36,272 nucleotides of DNA from Octopus bimaculoides (lineage: Eukaryota), in assembly GCF_001194135.2 (NCBI RefSeq), contig NC_068993.1, positions 44,105,307 to 44,141,578 on the forward strand. Reading direction: 5' to 3'. Position numbers and translations under genes: made by a program. Below are positions 24,085-33,600 of the stretch, piece after piece; position 1 is the stretch's first letter, and every line of letters starts with the position of its first letter. The notes under the pieces are model-generated. The model saw only the letters and a program-made list of their open reading frames with translations. It did no database searches and was not told where the DNA came from.

Positions 24085-25150
24085 TGAGCCATGTCAGACG
24101 CACAATGAAAGATTTTGGTACATTGCTATTGCAAAATTAATACAACAGTATGTGGGACCAAAAGGATAATACAATTCTGTTACAATGCAATTCTTCCTTT
24201 ATTTAAGATTCTCTAAAAGTGTAGTAATTTTATGTAGACGCCAACATTTTCTGATATTTTAAGAATAGTTGTATTTCATTTCTTCTAATTGTTAACATGT
24301 ATTTATTGCTCAGTGATGATTAATTAGCTTCTTTAATAAGGGTTGGAGTCCAGCAATAGAAACTCCACTGATAAGGACTTTTAGGATATTACTTATGTCT
24401 TCAAGTTATTCTGGGAACTTTGATACGATGACTTATAATTCTTCAAAATTTACTTCCTCACTCAATTCTGCGTGTGTGCGTGTTATGAAAATCTAATTTT
24501 TTTTTTTATTCGTAAAGCTCTGAACACACTGAATCATCAATGAATATGGAGACTCCCTTCAAGAGAAATAATAAGAGTTAAAATTCTAAAAATCCTTAAA
24601 GGGGATACTCAAAACAATACTATTACTGATATACTTACCTGTATCAGCAATCGTTTGAACAGCAGTAATTGTCTCGGGGTACTGGCTAAATACGAATTTT
24701 CAAAACCATGTTAAATACACACAACATAAGAGACCTCCTCCGCCCAAGGTGAGCTGAGATACAAACTCAAATGAAAATGCACCAACGAAGAATGCTACAT
24801 CTAAGTAGCGTATCTCTCCTATGGTTCCTGAATCAATTATTTCTCTAAGTTTCAGGGGCCCACAGCTTTTTAATATTCTCCCAAAGATCCTGAGGGACCT
24901 ACACAAAGTGGATGTAGGTGTTTTCAAATCAAAACTAGACCTCTTCCTGTCGAGAGTCCCAGACGAACCTACCTCGCGGCAAATGGGGGTAAGGACATCA
25001 AACTCACTTATTCTCTAGACGCCACATATTAGAGAAGGCTCCCTCACAGGACTTTTAGGATATGCTGATGTGTGAAATAATCTTTTTTCTAAGCTGGGAA
25101 AAAGTTGGACCAAATGGCCTGAAACAATAGTATTTATGTGAAAGGAAAAT
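24085..25150 (-). pseudogene. DHDH: Inverted DHDH-like genomic fragment A: pseudo-exon 4 (24639-25118) plus about 550 bp of intron 4
   Basis: Reverse complement gtttcag|AIWSNFFPA* [insert] LREIIDSGTIGEIRYLDVAFFVGAFSFEFVSQLTLGGGGLLC-CVYLTWF*KFVFSQYPETITAVQTIADTG|gtaagt. The intron aligns with copy 2 intron 4 (tgagtgaggaagta; cttttagagaat.ttaaataaaggaaga). Confidence 0.9.
24848..25047 (+). mobile_element. CR1/L2-group LINE, 5'-truncated 3' end
   Basis: SFRGPQLFNILPKILRDLHKVDVGVFKSKLDLFLSRVPDEPT..SNSLIL* (stop 25016-25018), the typical GP.LFN.LP..FK..LD.FL..PD.P ORF2 terminus. Confidence 0.8.
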
Positions 25151-25484
25151 AAAGAAATAAAGATAATCGTAATATCATAATTTTTTCAATTTCAAATCCA
25201 ACTAAGATTATTATCACTAACACTGGAAACTTCGTATATATATATTTTTCTTACATTCTGCCATTGAGTTTCTGTTTCGTTATCTTGAGATACTTTGAAA
25301 ATAATTTCCTCTTTTATATGAGATACTTTGGTGGGATAATGTCTATCTGAGCTGTACAGTTGGAGTATTATTTTGGAGAAAAAACATGTGGATCTCAAGC
25401 TTGTGTGAAAAAATGAGCACCAGAAGTGAAGTACATTTATTATATGATCATTTGTCAGTCACTGATCTCAAAAACACTTTCAGA

Positions 25485-26133
25485 TTCAATAATGATTGGG
25501 TAAAGAAATCGTTGCTTGTGTCCCCATGAGTTGAGCGGTGACGAGCAAGCAAACCAGCGGAGATTGTGGCTCGTTGATTTTTGTTGTTGTCACTTAAAGC
25601 ATGCGGAACCCATGCTCCATACGTCTGAACCTTTCCAATCGAGTGAAGATGCTTCTCTATAGCAGTGTGGGAGCATTCCATTTTCTCTGCCAGTTTCCTT
25701 GTCGTTTGACGAGAATTTTCGTGCAAAAGTTGGTTTAATTGCTCTTCATCGAACTCAACTGGACGGCCAGAACGAGGTGCGTCTTTGAGGTCAGAATTTC
25801 CAATTTTGAACTTGGCATGCCAATCACGAGCGGTTCTTTCAGTTATGGCACCCTCTCCATACACAGCACAAATGTCGCAAGCAGCTTTTGCGGCCTTAGA
25901 ACCTTGATTAAAAGCAAAAAGAAGGTGTCGTAAATGCTTATTTTTCTTAACTTGACATTCCATTTTTATGATCCGAAAATAAACAAAAATTAACTAAAAT
26001 TAACTAGAAAAAAAAATAGATTTCAAAATGATTCAAAAATAGAATTCTCGAAAAAAAATAGATTCTAAAATTTAAAAACGCAATAAATTTCAAATTTTAA
26101 AAAAATGGCGGGAACTTAGTTGCCAACCCAATA
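25485..26133 (-). mobile_element. mariner transposon (mellifera-like), 5' half only
   Basis: TA + TIR TATTGGGTTGGCAACTAAGTTCCCGCC at about 26107-26135. ORF from 25963 has an HTH domain, RSGRP and WVPHAL; it frameshifts near RHRSTHG and is truncated before the DD34D domain. Confidence 0.9.
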
Positions 26134-26812
26134 TATCCACTTTGTCTTTTTCTGACATTATTACAGCTTAAGTTCTCTATGGAACGCCTTTTATTACAGG
26201 CCTAATCCATCTGAGCTTACGGATCGTTTTCGATCAGGAATGAACTTGCTGTCGATTGAACCTTCTCACTGTAACGTTTCATGACATTATAGACTTGAAG
26301 CCATGTCTTTGGTGCTATATCCTGCTTTTTTCAGAGTTACAATCTCACTTCGCATATTAGCTGCCATACTGAAAGGATTTACTTGCCGAATGTAAACAAG
26401 CAATGGAGAGCATAAGAACAATTGAATGTCGAGGAGCGCATTTTAATTATTCTTGTGCAATTTCAAACTAAATTTGATAAAGTAAACTTATTTAAAAATC
26501 AGGAATTCTTTACGGCGTACCCTGTATTTTAAAGGCAGGAGCAGTGGTGTTTAATAAAATTGAAATCTTGAAATAATATTTTATTTTGCAGATTGTTCTT
26601 AATCTCCATATCTTAAAGTATGTAATTCTTTAAAAAAAATCGAAAGACCTTAAAAACGAAAGAAAAAAATTGTGAACTTAAAAGTTTGATAAACATGTTA
26701 TCTCCCTTGTGCAAAGTATAGAAATCCGGAGAATTTTGTAAACGTAAAGATATTTTGTGGGCGTTGTGTCTCGGTAACTGTCGACACTAGTGTGTTTTAA
26801 AGGCGAAAAACA

Positions 26813-26896
26813 ATGCGCTGGGGAATCTGTTCAGCAGGTTTAATTGCAAACGATTTCTGCAATGCTTTGCAATGTTTAAATCCTTCAGAACATAAA
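26813..26896 (+). CDS. DHDH: Copy 2 exon 1 (coding)
   Basis: aaaaacaATG CGC TGG ... CAT AAA|gtaagt; in-frame TAA upstream at 26798-26800. Confidence 0.9.
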
Positions 26897-27548
26897 GTAA
26901 GTAATCACTTTTTCCCTTTCATATTTACCTATCAATTTTTATTGGAAAGCTTCTAAAAGCACGGATATTTTTGCGTGGTGGTGGGGGAAGACAACATATT
27001 ATTTGAGTGTAAAACATTCAGCTTTATGAAATAGCAGCTAAACTCACGTTTGAAAGAGAAAATTTTTAAGTAGTAATTTATCAACAAAACTTATTTCAGT
27101 TCATCAATAATCCTAACTCGAAACAGTACTTCTACCCTTGGGATTTAATTTATAATTGTTTTAATAATCCATAGCTTTGTATGCAAAAAGAAATCGACCA
27201 ACTTATTTTACTCTTTTGAAAATTCTTGTCCCGTGGCAGTTTTATTTTTTATATTTCCCTGGCAATGTTTTCTAATGTGAAAAAAAAGTTAACCGATGCA
27301 AAAAAAATTACCATATTTATCGCGGGAGAGATAAAAAAACAAAACAAATACATATGTATACGTATTTGTTTCATTTTTAGGTTATGTTTATTCGGATTAC
27401 TTCCAAAAGGTCGCTTCGTGACATTTGGCTGTCATTAACTGTGCTATTTCGTCAGTTATCTGAATGTGCTTGACATAGACCTAGTGACTGCTCTCTCTCT
27501 AACCTCTCTCTCTCTCTAACCTCTCTCTCTCTCTCTAACCTCTCTCTA

Positions 27549-27602
<54 letters not shown>

Positions 27603-30600
27603 TAGCAACATTTCTTGTTACTGTCACCGTCAGACAATTACGTTTCAAATTTGTCTCACTGCTGAAAGGTCGGACGTAGAGAAGCAGTCATGTAATTGAA
27701 AAACATATCATAATCCTTTCTACTTTAGGCACAATGCCTGGAATATTGGGGGAGGGAGTAAGTCAATTACATCGATCCTAGTACACAACTGGTACTTATT
27801 TTAATGACCACAAAAGGATGGTACTTATTTTAATGACCACAAAAACATGAAGACGGACGAAATGCCGCTAAGCATTTTGCCCGGCGTGCTAACGATTCTG
27901 CCAGCTCGCCAACCTGGAAAAGCACATCGTAATGATTAGAACATGAAACTATTCAACTAGTCGAGCGTTGTAGTTTGCTTGGAGCATTGTACTACAGGAG
28001 TAAAATAATGAATGAAAACGGAAATGAGGAAAGCTTCTAACAATGCAGAGAGAAAGGAAATATGCGCTTGCGTAGGGATGGCGGTGAGGACTAAGAGGGG
28101 AGTGGTGGACTGTTTATGCTTAACTGCATGAAACCCGGTAAATTTAACATCTTTAACAAACTGTAAATGTTTTTAAAACTTTTTAACTCATCCAACTTTA
28201 AGTAAATAAAGAAGAGATATATGGAAGCAAACTCCATTATTTTTTCTTAATAAAGGAAGGGTAGAACAAAATCTTTCACGAATATTTTATAACTGAAGAT
28301 TAGTCTACAAAAGATTAGATTATTAAGGACAAGATTATATTTCATCCTTTTGTGATTGATAAATTGCAGAAACAGTGAGATATAGAGATCTATCGAATCA
28401 ACTACCACCTTGCCCACAAAATAGTTGGCGTTGTCCCAAAATTTAAAGCAATTATTACTAACAGTAGATTCATAAATCCTTATTTATTTGTATACACTAT
28501 TAACTATTACCCATTCCAATTATACCTACTGCACAATAAAACTTGACTTTATTTTGCTTTTCATTTAGATAACTGCAGTGGTATCCAAGTCTTTAGAGAA
28601 GGCTAAGAAATTAGCGGACGAATTTAAAATACCGAATGTGTATGACAGCTATGAAGAATTTGCCAAAGATCCCAACATAGGTATGAAATATATTTAGCCT
28701 AAATCTGATTGTAATTTTTGCATATTATTTTGTAAACTTTTTTAGATGTTTTAATACACTGTATTTGATTTTTGTCTTACACAAATTCAATTTTAACAAC
28801 TGTTACTTTAATGTCTGGTACTGGACGACAAATAATAGACGAAGAAATGTATAGTATGGGATAGTAAGTTCAACTCTAAAAATGTGCCATATGAACGAAA
28901 TGACACTGGGTCAAGACGATTCCGGATACGCTGTGATATATATATGTACAAGACTCTCCATATCAGGAAAATAGATATGAAAATTATGAATATGATGATA
29001 GTTAACATTATCGTCAATAATTATAATTCCAATAATAATAGAATAGGCATAAATATTACATTGTGTTTCCTTAAAGTTGAACGAATTAATAGCCAATTTA
29101 CAAACACTTGTTAAAACTTCCTCTTTTACCAAATATTCTATATCAAAATACATTACTGTTAAGTATTTTATTATATATGTAAACCACACTTACAGTATGT
29201 AAATAAATAACTTTGACAAAAGTAATTACATTTTGTCTTTCTCAGATCTTGTGTACCTTTCAACTGCAAACAGTTTTCATCACCCTCTTTCCATTCTTAT
29301 GCTGAACAATGGTAAACCTGTTCTGTGTGAGAAAACCTGTGCTTGTAACACGAAGCAGACAGAAGAAATGATTGAACTTGCAAAGTCAAAAAAGCTGTTT
29401 TTTATGGAGGTATGTCTTTTAATACTAAAATGGTGTATGCTGGTACGGTGTTGCTCTCTCTCTCTACATCATCCCTAATGAAGAAGATCCACAATCAAAA
29501 TCTTTCCAATCATAACCATCACGTTTTTTGATGGTTGTATTTGTTTATCTAATACATTATCTGATATATCTTTCCTATCATAAGACCGTAGTGTAATTTA
29601 GTTTCTTTTTCTAGCAGACTGAGTAACTATGTAAAACAATGGTTCTCTGCTATTTTCCCAAATGTATTCTTTTCGCCATATTTCAAAATTCCACTTGCCA
29701 CTTTGCAAATATTCTAAGTCAAAAATGTCATTCCTAATATGCTTATAATAGTGAAAAATCGTTCTCTTTTTCATAAGTATATACACATTAATTGAATTAT
29801 TTCTGTAACTGAGTTTTACAAATTTTGTAGCTATAGAAAATGTTGAAATTTAAATCTCAAGTAATTTTTTTTTTAATATATAATTAATTTTCTTGATGTG
29901 TATTTCAGTTAACAAAAGGTTTAATAGTATCGCAGTGTATTCTAGAACATTATATATCAATTTATCATGACAAGATTAGTCTTAAGAAACCTGTATCTGT
30001 TTATCTTATTTTCCCTTTTTCAATTCATACGCCATAGAAACCGGGAAACCGGGCCCATGAGCCTGGCCAGGCTTTAAAAGGGCGCATAAATAAAATAAAT
30101 ACGTTATCAATAAAAAAAAATTGATAAGTGTGTTGAAAAGTTATACGTCTTCTTGCTCTGTTATATTGTGCATGGATGTCGACTCCATCATCAGGCTGTA
30201 CAGCAGACTCGATAGGTACGAAGATGAGGGAGATAGTAGTATAATATTAAAGATCACAACTCGGGGATGTGTTTGTTTTAATGACTTTTTCCTACTTTTA
30301 TTTAACTATGTCTAATGATGTATTTCTTCCTACCTTAGTTTATATGTTTCTATCATGTCTTTCTTTCTGCCTTACCCTTCGTTTTTATTTCTGACTTTAT
30401 CCTTATTTCTTTATAGTTTTGCTTTCGCGTTGTGTTTCTTTCAGGCTTTGTGGTCCAACTTCTTCCCAGCTTACAAAGCCCTTAGAGAAATCATTGACTC
30501 TGGAACTATAGGAAAGATACGATACGTAGATGTAGCTCACTTTTACGACTTATTTTCACTTGATTTTGTGTCACAGCAGTCTTTGGGTGGAGGAGGTCTC

Positions 30601-33600
30601 TTGTGTACTGCTGTGTATGTAATATGGCTTGCGAGATTTGTATTTAGACAGGATCCCGAAACAATTACTGCTGTTGGAACGATTGCTGACACAGGTAAGT
30701 ATATGATTAATAAAAGTGTAGTTTCTTGTGTACCTCCTTTATTGCTTTTGATAATTTTGCTAACACAGTTCTATCCTCTTTACTCTCTCTCTCTTTAATT
30801 GAGTATCCGTATTCCTTGACGAGTGAGATTTTGTATGTGTAGATGCTTAAGAAACAAACCTACACATCCATAACACACCTCTCACGCATAACTGAGTGAG
30901 GAAGTATAACTAAAATAAGCGTAAGTCATTATTTTGAAAAGATCTCAAAGTTAATAGAAGAAATAAGTATCATTCAAGAAATCATCTTCATTTGAGTTTA
31001 TAATACTGAGCCCCTGTACTCTTTAATAATTTCTCATCATTGAACAATAAATACATATTAATAATTAAAGAAAAAGTGAAACACAACTTTGGTTTTTAAA
31101 AATCAGAGAAAAATGTTGGCATATTCTTAATAAAGTTATTATACTTTTAGAGAATGTTAAATAAAGGAAGAGTTGCATTGTTGTAGAATTATAGAGCCTT
31201 TTAAACTTCACAATGCTGTTATATTTACCTTTGTTAATTTTTGCAATAACATCAAAAACATTCATTATACATTTGATACAGCGAAATTGAGTGGAGGAAT
31301 ATATTTTCTCTGGCCAGGCTAAATTTCCTTCTACAACGTAGATGAGTTAGTTTCAACATATAATATCCTTTGCTAAACTACAATTATTTCTCAATAACGA
31401 AATAGTTGAGAAAACTTACTTTTGAAGCCAACAAAGAAACCTCCTATACTATCACTCGACATGTAACAAATGACAGCTTCTTCAAATCATATCCTGCTGA
31501 CTGATTATCATTTGATAATAATATAGTCCTAGGTATATTATGGCAGTAAAAAACAGTATAGTCATAACTCGTATGCTTTCCATCATACATTTGTACAACT
31601 ACAGCTCGAAAACCAACTTTCAAATGACAGACAGAGTTGAGAAGGCTGTAGAACTGAGAGAAAAAGCGTGATATGTTAAAATAAACTGTTTCCTCTTAAA
31701 GTGTAAGCTCGTATATGTTTGAATTGGGCCATGACAAATCTGAGCCATTTAAACTATTTTCACTTCCTCTGTACCCAAGTCATATTCTCTCTGATTTACG
31801 TGTACACACGTTAGAAACATCCTATCATGCACTGAGGTGATTTGATATAAACGTATTTAATTCTACATCACATCGCATAGCATATAATGTAGTCTATTAA
31901 CTGTACATTTCCATAGATAAATAATTAGTTTGATTGTAAGATTTGTTTATATATGCATAATTTATTACTGAGATAGTTTATATCAGAGGTATCATGTGTT
32001 AGCATGAATTAAATTATAAATGAATACAGAAGAGCTGTGTGTTTGGCATCAAAAGGAAATAAAGTAAAACCCGAGGTTTGGATGGCCTTTATAATTGTTG
32101 GTGAAGATCCCCCTCCTTGCCTCAAACATTAAACCTCTCCTTAAATCTCTACATCATCTCATGGTACACCAACGTAGACATCTTATGTTTCTAGATAAAA
32201 GTTTGACTCTGTTGAGTGTTACAAATGAAATGTTAAAGGATTGAGACGTCTATAGAGATCAGTTGTATTGCAGGGCCATGCAAACTTGGGGAAAATTTTT
32301 GATGATGGCTATGGTGATTTGTATGACATGATTGCTTTTATGAGTAATAGTGAAACATAAGAAATGTTGTTGTTTCGTTTGGAAAAGGTGTCGACGAGTC
32401 TGGCAATATTATTCTGACTTATAAGGATGGTGCCAGAGCCTCTTTGTCTTATAGCGTTGCTTTGAATGGAAGACGTGATGCATATATTTATGGAACCAAA
32501 GGCAAAATTTATGTAAGTAACCTTTAATTTAGCGATATTTTAGCGTTAAATTTGTTAATCTAGAATTTAAATTTACCAGCTATTATAACCATTATTTACA
32601 TTTAAAAGGTAAGATACATCATTTATAGATGACTTGTACTACATCTAACATTTATTAAATATAGTTATCGATTAATCTATTGTACTAAGTCTAAAATTTA
32701 TTACAAGAAAATTAAACTAAACTACTTTAGTGTATTTGCTATATGTTCTTGTTTTAATAGATACATCCACCATTTTGGAGTCCCGGCAAAATCGAGGTGA
32801 ATGGAGAAGAAAGAGAATTTCCACTCCCCAAATCTGATGCGAAATATAATTACCCCAATAGCAGTGGGTTATCTTATGAGGCCGAAGATGTCCGCCTGTG
32901 TTTTGAGAAGAGTAAGTGTTTCATGATTCTTGTTTCTTTTATAATGAGAGTATTATCACATATCTAGATATTGTTATATATATATATATATATATNNNNN
33001 NNNNNNNNNNNNNNNNNNNNNNNNNNNNNNNNNNNNNNNNNNNNNNNNNNNNNNNNNNNNNNNNNNNNNNNNNNNNNNNNNNNNNNNNNNNNNNNNNNNN
33101 NNNNNNNNNNNNNNNNNNNNNNNNNNNNNNNNNNNNNNNNNNNNNNNNNNNNNNNNNNNNNNNNNNNNNNNNNNNNNNNNNNNNNNNNNNNNNNNNNNNN
33201 NNNNNNNNNNNNNNNNNNNNNNNNNNNNNNNNNNNNNNNNNNNNNNNNNNNNNNNNNNNNNNNNNNNNNNNNNNNNNNNNNNNNNNNNNNNNNNNNNNNN
33301 NNNNNNNNNNNNNNNNNNNNNNNNNNNNNNNNNNNNNNNNNNNNNNNNNNNNNNNNNNNNNNNNNNNNNNNNNNNNNNNNNNNNNNNNNNNNNNNNNNNN
33401 NNNNNNNNNNNNNNNNNNNNNNNNNNNNNNNNNNNNNNNNNNNNNNNNNNNNNNNNNNNNNNNNNNNNNNNNNNNNNNNNNNNNNNNNNNNNNNNNNNNN
33501 NNNNNNNNNNNNNNNNNNNNNNNNNNNNNNNNNNNNNNNNNNNNNNNNNNNNNNNNNNNNNNNNNNNNNNNNNNNNNNNNNNATATATATATATATATAT

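Noticed and set aside
24700-24927. ORF fusing antisense LINE to DHDH exon 4 as a new chimeric gene
   Set aside because: Exon 4 part has a stop and a codon deletion; no upstream exons or promoter support.
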